From assembly GCA_022648165.1 (NCBI GenBank), contig JALCLX010000003.1, forward strand, positions 180,467 to 244,466: DNA of 64,000 nucleotides, given 5' to 3'. The stretch is from Ancrocorticia sp. GTDB taxonomy: Bacteria; Actinomycetota; Actinomycetes; Actinomycetales; Actinomycetaceae. Below the pieces are notes generated by a model. That model saw nothing but the letters and a program-made list of their open reading frames with translations. It did not search any database and had not been told where the DNA came from. The position numbers and the translations under genes were made by a program. Below are positions 18,114-27,700 of the stretch, in pieces (the first letter of the stretch is position 1; each line of letters begins with the position of its first letter).

Positions 18114-20701
18114 TGGCGAACAGGCTCAACATCAGTTTTGACTCCGACATGCTGGAGTCGATCAGTGCCGAGTTCGACCTGCGTGCTCCGAACAAGGAAG
18201 CACTGCGCCAGCTGGTCTTCACTCTCGACGGTGACTATGACCCGACCGTGATGCAGGTGCTGAATCTCGCCACGGGCGTGGGCAAGACCTATCTGATGGC
18301 CGCCTTCGTGGAGTATCTGCGTCGCCAAGGAGTTGGCAACGTCGTCATCGTCACCCCAGGCAAAACGGTGCAGGCCAAAACGGTGCAGAACTTCACGCCC
18401 GGCTCGCCCCGTTACATCACCGGCGCGGCGGTGCCGCCCGAGGTGGTGACCCCACAGGACTACTCGGCGTGGGTTGCCCGGCAGAACGGCCCGGCCCGAC
18501 TCGCGTTCGGCCGTGAAGTGCCAATGCTGGCGTTTATCTTCAACATCCAGCAGCTCATCGCGCCGAAGGACGCTGAGGGTGACACCCACGGGGCCACGCA
18601 GGATGCGATGCGCCGTAAGCCCCGCAGGTTCGATGAGAACGCCGGCGTGCTCTTCGACTACCTCAAGGGTCTCGATGATCTGGTTGTGATCGCCGACGAA
18701 TCCCACCTCTACGGGGCCAGCGCGGTGGCGTTCAACGCCGCGTTGAAGGAACTCGACCCAGTAGCGGCGATTGGTTTGACCGCGTCGGTGGACAAGGCTA
18801 CCGATCACGTCATTTTCGAGTACCCGCTCTACCGCGCCATCCAGGACAAGTATGTGAAGGCCCCCGTGTTGGCGTTCCGCAAGACTGGATATGGCACCGA
18901 TGAAGCCTCCGAAGAGCAGCAGTTGCGTGACGCGCTGCAATTGCGTGCGCTCAAGCAGGCCTACTACGACTCCTATGCCTCCTCACAGGGCCGTGATCAT
19001 GTGAACGCGGTCGCTTTCGTGGTCTGCTCCGATGTGGAGCACGCCACCCAGGTCGCCGAGCTGCTGCGCACCCCGGAGTACCTCGGCCGAGATGAGGCTG
19101 TGCTGCAGGTGGACTCCAAGCACGAGGATGAGTTGACCCAGCGTCGCCTCGACGAATTGGATCGGCCCGAATCGCCGGTGCTGGCGGTGGTGAGCGTGAA
19201 CAAGCTCAAGGAAGGCTGGGATGTCAAGAACATTGCAGTCGTCGTGACACTACGGGCGATGGCCTCCGAAGTGCTTACCCAGCAGACGATGGGGCGCGGG
19301 CTGCGGCTGCCGTTCGGCCGGTATACGGGTGTGTGGCAGATCGACCAGCTCGACATCATCGCCCACCAATCCTTCACCGAGCTGCTCAACGACGAGAACG
19401 TGCTGCAGCAGTTCGGCCTGGACGAAGCCGTCCCCGAACCCGACAAAGCCAAGGTAGAAGAGGCGATCCGCAAAGCCGCCGAAGAGTCCGGCACGGATAC
19501 AGGTACGCCCACGACCGGCGGTGACCAACCAACGACGACAACCGGTTCTGAACCGGGCACCGGTGTCAGTGGTGAGGTCGCCGGTGGTGTGGCTCCGCAG
19601 CCGGGCACCGTTCCCGTCGGCGGCAGTGATACCCCGGGTGCGGGTTTGCCCGGTGTCGGGGTTCGCACCATCACCGAGCAGGAGGATCAGCCCACCTGGG
19701 AGTTGGTGTCGATCGGACGGAACCCGAGCTTTGCTGACGTGTCCTACCGATTCCCGGTGACGACGATGACTGTGCAGCAGCCGCCCATTGACTTGTCAGA
19801 AATCAGTGACGCCGAGATTGAGCAAGCGGCGCGTCGGGTCACCTCTGCTGGGGACGTGCTGCTGCGCAAAGAGATCATCGCCGCCCTAGGCAAGAAACTC
19901 CGGGCAGAGGATCGAGAAAGCGCCGAAGTCGACTCCGTCCACGTCGACGACGCCGACGCCGAGGAGGCGCTAGTCAAACTAGTGATCAACATGTCGCTGG
20001 TGCCCAAAACCGAACAGACCGCCCGCTACGTCGCCACGTTCCTGGTGCCGAAGTTCATGCGCGCCGTGACGTTCACCGGCTGGACCGTCAAATCCCTCGA
20101 CTCCGCCCGCACCGAACTCCTAGCGCTGATCAAGAACTACACAACCGAGACACTGCGAGCCACCCGCGAGGTGCCGACCATACACCCCAAGTCGATGCCA
20201 GGCACCGGCTACACGCTCCCGTTGGGTGAGAAGGTGCATGACCAGATCGAGAGTCGTGACCAGTTCGTGCGAGGCCGGGTTTACGGCGGCTGGTTCAAGT
20301 CGCTATTCGCCGAGGAGTCCTTCGACTCCTTCACCGGCGAATACCAGCTTGCTCGCCTGCTCAACACGTCGCCGGGGATCGTGTGGTGGCATCGCCTGCA
20401 TCCGCAAGACCAGGCGTTCGTGTACTACAACGCGAAAGACCGCTACTTCCCCGACTTCGTAGCCTTGGACACCAACGGGGTGCATTGGATCATCGAGGGC
20501 AAGGACGAGCGCGGCCGCGATGACGCCAGGGTGCAGGCCAAGCGTAAGGCTGCCGAGGCGTTGGTGCGCCGGTTGGTGGCAGAGGATGCCTACGCCGGTC
20601 AGCACTGGGGATATCTGATCGCCTACGAGCAAGACACCGCCCGTGCCGACTCGTGGGAAGACCTGAAAGCCTTCGCCAGCCCGGTCAGCAACGCCCTGTA
20701 G
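18113..20701 (+). CDS. res: Type III restriction enzyme Res subunit (SF2 helicase + C-terminal PD-(D/E)xK nuclease)
   Basis: Walker A LATGVGKT (18269-18289), DESH (18695-18706), QQTMGRGLR, C-terminal YFPDFVALD...WIIEGKDERG. TGATG overlap with mod. Confidence 0.85.
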   Translation: MANRLNISFDSDMLESISAEFDLRAPNKEALRQLVFTLDGDYDPTVMQVLNLATGVGKTYLMAAFVEYLRRQGVGNVVIVTPGKTVQAKTVQNFTPGSPRYITGAAVPPEVVTPQDYSAWVARQNGPARLAFGREVPMLAFIFNIQQLIAPKDAEGDTHGATQDAMRRKPRRFDENAGVLFDYLKGLDDLVVIADESHLYGASAVAFNAALKELDPVAAIGLTASVDKATDHVIFEYPLYRAIQDKYVKAPVLAFRKTGYGTDEASEEQQLRDALQLRALKQAYYDSYASSQGRDHVNAVAFVVCSDVEHATQVAELLRTPEYLGRDEAVLQVDSKHEDELTQRRLDELDRPESPVLAVVSVNKLKEGWDVKNIAVVVTLRAMASEVLTQQTMGRGLRLPFGRYTGVWQIDQLDIIAHQSFTELLNDENVLQQFGLDEAVPEPDKAKVEEAIRKAAEESGTDTGTPTTGGDQPTTTTGSEPGTGVSGEVAGGVAPQPGTVPVGGSDTPGAGLPGVGVRTITEQEDQPTWELVSIGRNPSFADVSYRFPVTTMTVQQPPIDLSEISDAEIEQAARRVTSAGDVLLRKEIIAALGKKLRAEDRESAEVDSVHVDDADAEEALVKLVINMSLVPKTEQTARYVATFLVPKFMRAVTFTGWTVKSLDSARTELLALIKNYTTETLRATREVPTIHPKSMPGTGYTLPLGEKVHDQIESRDQFVRGRVYGGWFKSLFAEESFDSFTGEYQLARLLNTSPGIVWWHRLHPQDQAFVYYNAKDRYFPDFVALDTNGVHWIIEGKDERGRDDARVQAKRKAAEALVRRLVAEDAYAGQHWGYLIAYEQDTARADSWEDLKAFASPVSNAL

Positions 20702-21419
20702 CTGCGAGTTCGCCTGGGCGCATCACGGGGCTCCAGCGTTGCGGGAGGTCGAGGGTGACGGCCTCGCCGGTGATGAACACGAATCCGAGCCTGCCATCGG
20801 TGAGCATGCAGCCGCCCTCCAGCATGGCAAGGAAGTCCGGGATGTGGAGCGCAAGCTGGGTCGGCGATTCGGTCAGGAGCTTGTCGATCGCCGTGTGGAG
20901 TGTCGATGGGCGTCGCCGCGCACCCGTTGACTGCAGGCTGTCCACGGCCTGATCAACCGCCGTGCTGTTGCGCCCAGCGAGCACCTGCAACGCCTCGGCC
21001 ATCTTCACCAGCAACACCTCCTGGTAGAGGTGGCTGGTGGTGCAGGTGCCGCGCTTGACGTAGTTCGTCGGACACTCCCACACGTCGACCCGGTTCGGGG
21101 TGCCCGAGTGCCAGGTCTTGTGACCGAACGCCCGTCCGCAGTCGCCGCAGACGATCTTGCGGGACAGGCGCTTGCCGAAGGACTTGTAGCCGCGTGGGTC
21201 GACACGGGTGGCGAGCCACGGCAACTCGCGGTCTGCGATGCCGAGAGCCTCGGCGGCGTGGCGTTGGGCGTGGAATGCGTCCATCCACTCGACGGTGTAC
21301 CCGGCGGCGAGGTTTTCGAGGAGGAAGCTGGTCAGCCGGTAGGTCAGTCGGGCTTGTACTGTTGCGAGTTCGGGGTATTGCATGGTGGGGGCTCCTGTCT
21401 TTGCGTCACGTACATACAC
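20685..21419 (-). mobile_element. large serine recombinase fragment (zinc-ribbon and C-terminal region only; no catalytic resolvase domain)
   Basis: RKIVCGDCGRAFGHKTWHSGTPNRVDVWECPTNYVKRGTCTTSHLYQEVL matches the recombinase zinc beta-ribbon. No Ser-nucleophile N-terminal domain upstream. 17-nt convergent overlap with the res end. Confidence 0.6.
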
Positions 21420-21492
21420 GCTCTGATCAGGTCTAATAGCAAGTCGTAAACGGCGATACCTTTTAGCGCTTGCCGAACTATTTGGCGCTCCG

Positions 21493-24400
21493 TTGTCAGC
21501 CTCGACGCACGTGGTTCACGCCGCCCCACAACGCCTCTCGGACAAGCCAGCCACCGGAGCCGATCCGTCCGAATATGCGGCTCGACGGTCAACACTAAGG
21601 CGCGTTTTACCTAGTGGGGAGCGGGTTTCGCCCCATCTGCGTCATCCGCGCACCACAAACCCCTGTATCCACTTCGATACGGTGTGCGAACCTGCGCTCG
21701 GATCAGGTGCATTCGCGATTGAAGCCACGCGGCAACTTGCGGAACAGTATTTGCAGCGCCGGCAAAAAGAACTGGGCCAGACGATTGATCCAGATCAATA
21801 TCCGATCGAACTTCAGCGCGCAAAAACCTACATTGCACTGCACAACGTGTATGGCGTGGACCTGAATGCCACGGCTGTGGAGCTGGCGGAGATCACCCTG
21901 TGGCTGGATACGATGGCGCGCGGCCTTCATGCGCCCTGGTTTGGGCTTCATCTGCGGCGCGGTAACTCGCTGATTGGATGCCGCCGCGCGGTGTTCCGGC
22001 CCGATCAAGTCAAGGACGGATCGTGGCTTACTAATGTGCCCCGGGATGTTTCGCTCTATTCACCCGATGACGTGCTTCCTTCAATTGGGAACGGCATCCA
22101 CTATTTCCTTCTCCCCGCAAAAGGTTGGGGCGCCTCTGCCGATGCGAAAGCCGCAAAAGAACTGGCGCCCGATGCCCTCAAACGGCTCAAATCGTGGCGT
22201 AAGAGCGTCACCCGAAAGCCGAACCACACCCAGTGCCAAGAACTCGCAGTGCTTGCCGAACGCGTGGAGAAACTATGGGGCTTCGCCGTTCAACGCCTCA
22301 CCATTGCCGAAGCGCAAGTGCGCCGCACCGTCCCGGTGTGGGGCGCCGCGGGCCTCCCCGAAGGTGGCGCGGTGACGCGCGAGCAGATCGAAGCATCGCT
22401 TGCGGATCCGGCAGGTGCCTTCCAGCGTCTCAAAACCGTCATGGACGCGTGGAATGCGCTCTGGTTCTGGCCACTCACCGGTGCCGCGGCGAGCCGTACA
22501 CGTCTTGTGAATGGCCAGGAGGAAGCGGAACGTATCGATCCTCCCAGCTTTGCCGAATGGATCGAAACCCTCAAGGATCTGCTAGGCCACAAACCGGAGG
22601 CTACCAGCACCGGGGGAAAACGGTGGAAAGGTGGAGATGCCACACTAGCTAGTGCCGCAGTGTGGAATGAGCTGGGTGCGGCGGAGAAACTGGATCTGGC
22701 AGGCGCAGGAGCCGCGAGCCCACAGCAAATTGCCGAACGCCACCCGTGGCTGGGCGTATGCCGCAGTATCGCTGAGCAGCAGGGCTTCTTCCACTGGGAG
22801 CTCATGTATGGCCACGTATTTCACGCCCATGGCGGCTTCGATATGCAGGTGGGAAATCCTCCGTGGGTTCGGCCACGCGACGACGATGCCGCCTTGCTTG
22901 CAGAATTTGATCCGTGGTGGCAGCTCACCACTAAGCCGCCAGTGCTAGAGGTCAGGCGCCGCCGCGAGCAACTCCTGGCACACGCTGCTACCCGGAGCTA
23001 CTTCTTGAGTGCTTCCTGTGATTTAGCAGCCCAACGAGCGTCCGTCAGTTCGCCACAGGATTATTCCGTGCTTTTGGGGCTCCAGCCCGATTTGTATCGC
23101 TGTTTTATGGCCCAGACATGGCGGCATTCCTCCGCCCGTGGAACCATCGGATTGATCCATCCGGAGACGCATTTTACTGATGAGGCGGCCGGGTTGCTGC
23201 GCCAACATACGTACCGGCGCTTACGCCGCCATTGGCAGTTTGATAACGAACTCATGCTTTTCGACATTGACCATCACGTCTCTTACGGCGTCCACGTCTA
23301 CGGATCTGCGCGCACGCCCGATTTTATTCAGGCGACCTCGCTTTATCATCCGGATACTGCCGTCCGCTCTCTGGATCATGATGGTTCTGGCCCCGAACCT
23401 GGGTTAAAAGACCTCAGTGGGAACTGGGACCTGCGGCCACACAAGAGCAGGATCATCCACGTCACACCGGCGGCGCTGACAGTTTGGCGAGGTGTTCTCG
23501 AAACGCCAGATGTTCCTCCCCAACGTACTCGAATGGTGTACACAGTGAACTCATCTGTGCTGGACGTGCTGGTCAAGGCATCGCAAGCCCAGCGTATCGG
23601 CGATTTGGACCCGCTATTCTCAGCAGGATGGCACGAAACAGCTGACTTCAACCGTGGCCGTTTTGTCAAAGAGTGGGGCCCGGTGAGCGCCTGGGATGAC
23701 GCCATTCTTCAAGGCCCACATCTGCATGTCTCGTTGCCATTCTTCAAGTGGCCCAATAGAACAATGAAACATAATCAGGATTGGAACGGCATCGATCTAG
23801 AGGCCCTTGCCCCAGATGAATTGCCGATTACTTCCTATAAGCCAGCAGGCAGCCGCGAGGCATACGAATCGCAGTACACGCACTGGCAGGTGGGCGGCCG
23901 CGTGCTGGCGGCGCGGGACTTTTACCGTATCGCCTGGCGAAGGATGGCTGCCAATACCGGCGAGCGAACACTTATCTCAGCGATAATCCCACCCGGGTCG
24001 TCTCACATTCACCTGATGTGGGACATGGCACTGCCAACCTTGGGAAGCTCAAAGCTTCTCACTATCGCAGCTTCTATGAGTTCGCTCTTACTCGATCTTC
24101 TCATTCGAGTAGTACCGAAGAACGACATCGTATTTCCAACGATCCGAAGGCTGCCTTTAGTCAACAACAAGAGAATCTCAGCTCTTCTCATTATCCGAGC
24201 TCTTGAGCTCAACTGCCTCACCGAGGCCTACGCACCCTTGTGGCATGATGCGCTGGAAGAAATTGCGGCTGAGGATTCTCTCACCTCCACCATTACTGAC
24301 GAGAGCTTCTATGGGTGGACGGGCGGAATCGACTATCCAGGCAGGCGCCCACTGTGCGCGATCGAGAACGAGTGGACACCCGAATCGCGCCTCACCCGCG

Positions 24401-24747
24401 CCTCGGATCGCCGGCAGGCTCTGGTGGAAATCGATGCATTGGCGGCATTGGGCCTGGGGATCTCCGCCGATGAGCTCTGTTCTGTGTATCGCACCCAGTT
24501 TGGAGTGCTCTATGGTTACGATCATGAGCGCGATTATTTTGATGCGAATGGCCGCCTGGTGCCAAAATCGGTGATCGACGTGTGGAAGAAAAAAGGCAAC
24601 GCGATCTCAACGGAGGAACGTACGGCCGTCCACCCGCAAAGCGAGGCAGACTACGTTTATGAGCTCCCGTTCCGTTTGTTAGATAGAGAGGCGGATATGC
24701 GCCGCGCGTATAAGACCTTTGAGCAAAGGCTTGGGAGCGCACAATGA
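21493..24747 (+). CDS. large gamma-class amino (N6-adenine-type) DNA methyltransferase, Eco57I/type IIG-like, 5' end unresolved
   Basis: Motif I EPALGSGAF (21688-21714). Motif IV in FDMQVGNPPWVRP (NPPW 22855-22866). ~600-aa C-terminal region. ORF opens with TTG, has no RBS, and its first ~60 codons are not protein-like. Confidence 0.75.
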   Translation: MSASTHVVHAAPQRLSDKPATGADPSEYAARRSTLRRVLPSGERVSPHLRHPRTTNPCIHFDTVCEPALGSGAFAIEATRQLAEQYLQRRQKELGQTIDPDQYPIELQRAKTYIALHNVYGVDLNATAVELAEITLWLDTMARGLHAPWFGLHLRRGNSLIGCRRAVFRPDQVKDGSWLTNVPRDVSLYSPDDVLPSIGNGIHYFLLPAKGWGASADAKAAKELAPDALKRLKSWRKSVTRKPNHTQCQELAVLAERVEKLWGFAVQRLTIAEAQVRRTVPVWGAAGLPEGGAVTREQIEASLADPAGAFQRLKTVMDAWNALWFWPLTGAAASRTRLVNGQEEAERIDPPSFAEWIETLKDLLGHKPEATSTGGKRWKGGDATLASAAVWNELGAAEKLDLAGAGAASPQQIAERHPWLGVCRSIAEQQGFFHWELMYGHVFHAHGGFDMQVGNPPWVRPRDDDAALLAEFDPWWQLTTKPPVLEVRRRREQLLAHAATRSYFLSASCDLAAQRASVSSPQDYSVLLGLQPDLYRCFMAQTWRHSSARGTIGLIHPETHFTDEAAGLLRQHTYRRLRRHWQFDNELMLFDIDHHVSYGVHVYGSARTPDFIQATSLYHPDTAVRSLDHDGSGPEPGLKDLSGNWDLRPHKSRIIHVTPAALTVWRGVLETPDVPPQRTRMVYTVNSSVLDVLVKASQAQRIGDLDPLFSAGWHETADFNRGRFVKEWGPVSAWDDAILQGPHLHVSLPFFKWPNRTMKHNQDWNGIDLEALAPDELPITSYKPAGSREAYESQYTHWQVGGRVLAARDFYRIAWRRMAANTGERTLISAIIPPGSSHIHLMWDMALPTLGSSKLLTIAASMSSLLLDLLIRVVPKNDIVFPTIRRLPLVNNKRISALLIIRALELNCLTEAYAPLWHDALEEIAAEDSLTSTITDESFYGWTGGIDYPGRRPLCAIENEWTPESRLTRASDRRQALVEIDALAALGLGISADELCSVYRTQFGVLYGYDHERDYFDANGRLVPKSVIDVWKKKGNAISTEERTAVHPQSEADYVYELPFRLLDREADMRRAYKTFEQRLGSAQ

Positions 24748-27700
24748 CCGAGCTGCTCCCGGTTGATCAAGCGCACGCACTCACCGGCACTTTGCTGGAG
24801 TTCTTGGGAACCACATTCAGCTTGGACGCCCCAACGCGCGGCGCACTCAACGAGTTCCTCACTGATGAAGTCACCGGTATTTTTCGCGGACCATACGTGC
24901 GCGTGCGCTTGCCTTTTGCCCCGGCGCAGAACAACTGGACAGAGCTGCTTCCCGCGCATAAAGAAGGTTTCACTCCGTACAGCCACCAAGTTCGTGCTTT
25001 CCAGCGATTGAGTTCTGCCCATGGGCATGCGCCCGAACCCACCATGATCACTACCGGAACGGGCTCTGGAAAAACGGAGTCATTCCTTTTCCCGATCCTG
25101 GATCATGTAGTTCGCGCCAAACAGCGCGGAATACGTGGGATGAAGGCCCTGATCCTCTACCCCATGAATGCGCTGGCACAAGATCAGGCGAGGCGCTTAG
25201 CCGGGCTGATCACCCAGGTGCCCGCCTTCGCAGGAATCACTGCTGCACTGTACACGGGCGAGAACCCACAGAACGGCCGCATCACCGTCTCTTCTAGTGG
25301 GTTGATAACGGATCGTGGCACAATCCGGCGGGAAGCTCCCGATATCCTGCTCACCAATTACAAGATGCTGGATCAGCTGCTACTTCGCCACGCAGATGCG
25401 GCGCTGTGGGAGCAGTCGGCCCAGAGCCTCACCTACCTGGTGATCGACGAGTTCCATAGTTACGACGGCGCGCAAGGTACGGACGTTGCGATGCTGTTGC
25501 GCCGCCTCACACTGGCAATCGAGGCTTACAGGGGCGATACCGAACACCTTCCACTCGCGGGAATCACTCCGGTGGCCACCTCCGCAACACTCGGGGACAG
25601 GCGAGATCCCGCGGCGATGCTGGGCTTCTTCGAAACTGTCACGGGGTACCACGTGAGCGGCGACGCCGTCGTGACTGAAACCCGGTTGAGCTATGCCGAT
25701 TGGGCCCAGAGTGCACGCGAACACACCGCCGAAAGAAAACTGCATCCCTTGGAGCTTGACGATCTGGTAGCACAAGATGTCCGGGCAGTACTGGAATCCA
25801 TCCAATCGCAAGCGCAAAGTGACGTGGGCACGGGGATCGCCACTGATCCTGGGCGAGCCGCGCGCCTGGTGCTGAGCCGGCTGTACCACACAGATGCCGA
25901 GGAGCATCCCGTCCTCACGAATTACAGCGATGAGGAACTGCTGGAGTTGGCCGCCGCACACCCGCTCACCGAGACGATTGCTGGCGCCACCCAGAAGGCT
26001 ATACCGATCGCTGAACTCACGAAGATGATCTTTGGCTCCCATCTGCGCCGCGCTACTGACGCTGGCGTGGCAGACCTGTTTACTGGCATCTATCTTTCAG
26101 TTCTCTCTCACCTCCGCGCGGTCTGCGGCAGGAATGCGTTGACGATCGACGTAAACCTGTGGATCCGGGAGCTCACACGCATCGACCGGATCGTCTCCCC
26201 CGATACACCAGCGTTCCACTGGGCGGACGATGGGGCGATCGAACAGGCCGTGCTTCCCGCGATTTACTGCAGAAACTGTGGGCGCTCAGGCTGGGGAGTG
26301 TTGCTGGAGCCCACGGGGCTGGGGCTAGCGCGCAACGATCGTGCTATCCGGGGTGAACACGCACGCGGGTCCGAGCGCTTCCGGCCGCTGATCTTCGCCC
26401 CCGGAGAGGCGGAAATGCCCGGCGATGACGCACCGGCACCACTCTGGTTGGATATGGCAAGCCGGATGCTGCGCGCTGATACCGATACTGTGGAATCCAG
26501 CCTGCTGGTACCCGTACTCACGCACACGGGCGACGACGCAGGAAAGGACTCGAAGAATGACGTGTGCCCCGCCTGCGGCGCGCGAGATTCCATCCGTTTC
26601 CTGGGATCTGCGATTGCCACCCAGTTGAGCGTGGCACTGTCCTCACTACTTTCGACGCCTGGTATGAACGGCCGCGAGCGCAAGGCCTTGGTGTTCACTG
26701 ATTCTGTGCAGGACGCAGCGCATCGCGCCGGATTCGTGCAGGCACGCTCCTATAGTTTGACGTTGCGTGCGCTTATGCGCCAGGCGCTCGATGAAGGCCC
26801 CGCCACACTCACCGAACTCACACAGCGGATGCTCACCGCTGCCGGTTCAGATTCTCACCGGCGTTACGCATTACTGCCGCCCGAACTTGCCGAGATTCCG
26901 AATTTCCGGCGGTTTTGGGAGCAACCAGGCCGGCATGACCGGCGGACTCTTGCGCGCGTCACTACACGGCTCAGCTTCGATGTACAGCTCGAATTCGGGC
27001 TGCGATCATCCACCGGGCGCACACTTGAGGCGTCCACCAGTGCAGTGGTGGGTTACGATATCGCCGATGCCATACTGATCGCTGCCGCGCGGGACGTATT
27101 GCAGCAGGCCAATCAGAGCACCCTGGACGGCAGGGCATTCTTTGGCGGAGCGGAACCCACGGAGTCCGAGCTGCTGCGCTGGGCCATTGGCTTTCTGCAC
27201 CGCATGCGCATCCGCGGAGCAATTTCCCACAACTGGTGGAAGAAATTCCGTACCAAAGATGGAAACCGCTGGTGGATTACTGGTGGCAGAAAGCGCAACG
27301 ACGGAATGCCGGGGTTTGGCCACGGGAATTCCGCGCCCGGATTTCCGGTGATCGGCGCACGTGAAAGGATCGGGGAAGATCTTGAGCCCGTGGGCTCACC
27401 GGCTGGTTGGTATGCAATGTGGACGGCGAAGGCACTCCACGTTTCGCGCCCGGAGGGGGCAAGCCTTGCCAACGCTTTGATGCGGCGGCTGGAGGCGCGC
27501 GAGGTAGTTGAGGTTCTACCATCAGAATCCCGGCATACAACATATGCACTGCCTCCCGATCTGCTTCTTGCCGAGCCCGTCACCGACGCGATGCTCACCG
27601 GCGAACCGATTGCTCTGCGTTGTACGGTGTGCGACGCCGTCGTCCACGGTTCCCCACGAACTATTCGGGCACTTTCTGGTGGTCCTTGCCTGATGGGGCG

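Noticed and set aside
17879-18940. Long antisense or alternate-frame ORFs inside large GC-rich genes. Examples: 17879..18940 -, 18997..19674 -, 25380..26042 -, 27113..27739 -, 28973..29560 -, 30734..31528 -, 6075..7022 +, 56554..57534 +.
   Set aside because: Their translations are Arg/Pro/Gly/Ser-rich with no motifs, and they lie fully inside genes with strong family signatures on the other strand or frame. This is a typical high-GC ORF artefact.
20685-21419. An intact integrase or prophage, or an active integrative element.
   Set aside because: Only the zinc-ribbon and C-terminal portion of a large serine recombinase is present. There is no catalytic domain, no phage structural genes and no identifiable att repeats.
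21344-21595. Minus-strand ORF (83 aa) with ...ERQIVRQALKGIAVYDLL..., possibly a shifted piece of the recombinase domain that would extend the recombinase fragment.
   Set aside because: The similarity is too weak to call by eye, and the ORF still would not supply a catalytic serine domain. It is mentioned only as part of the junction finding.
21493-24747. The large NPPW methyltransferase could be a BREX PglX.
   Set aside because: No PglZ, BrxC/PglY, BrxL, BrxA/B or PglW-like genes lie anywhere in the window. Its coupled partners are a DUF1998 helicase and a UvrD-type helicase instead.
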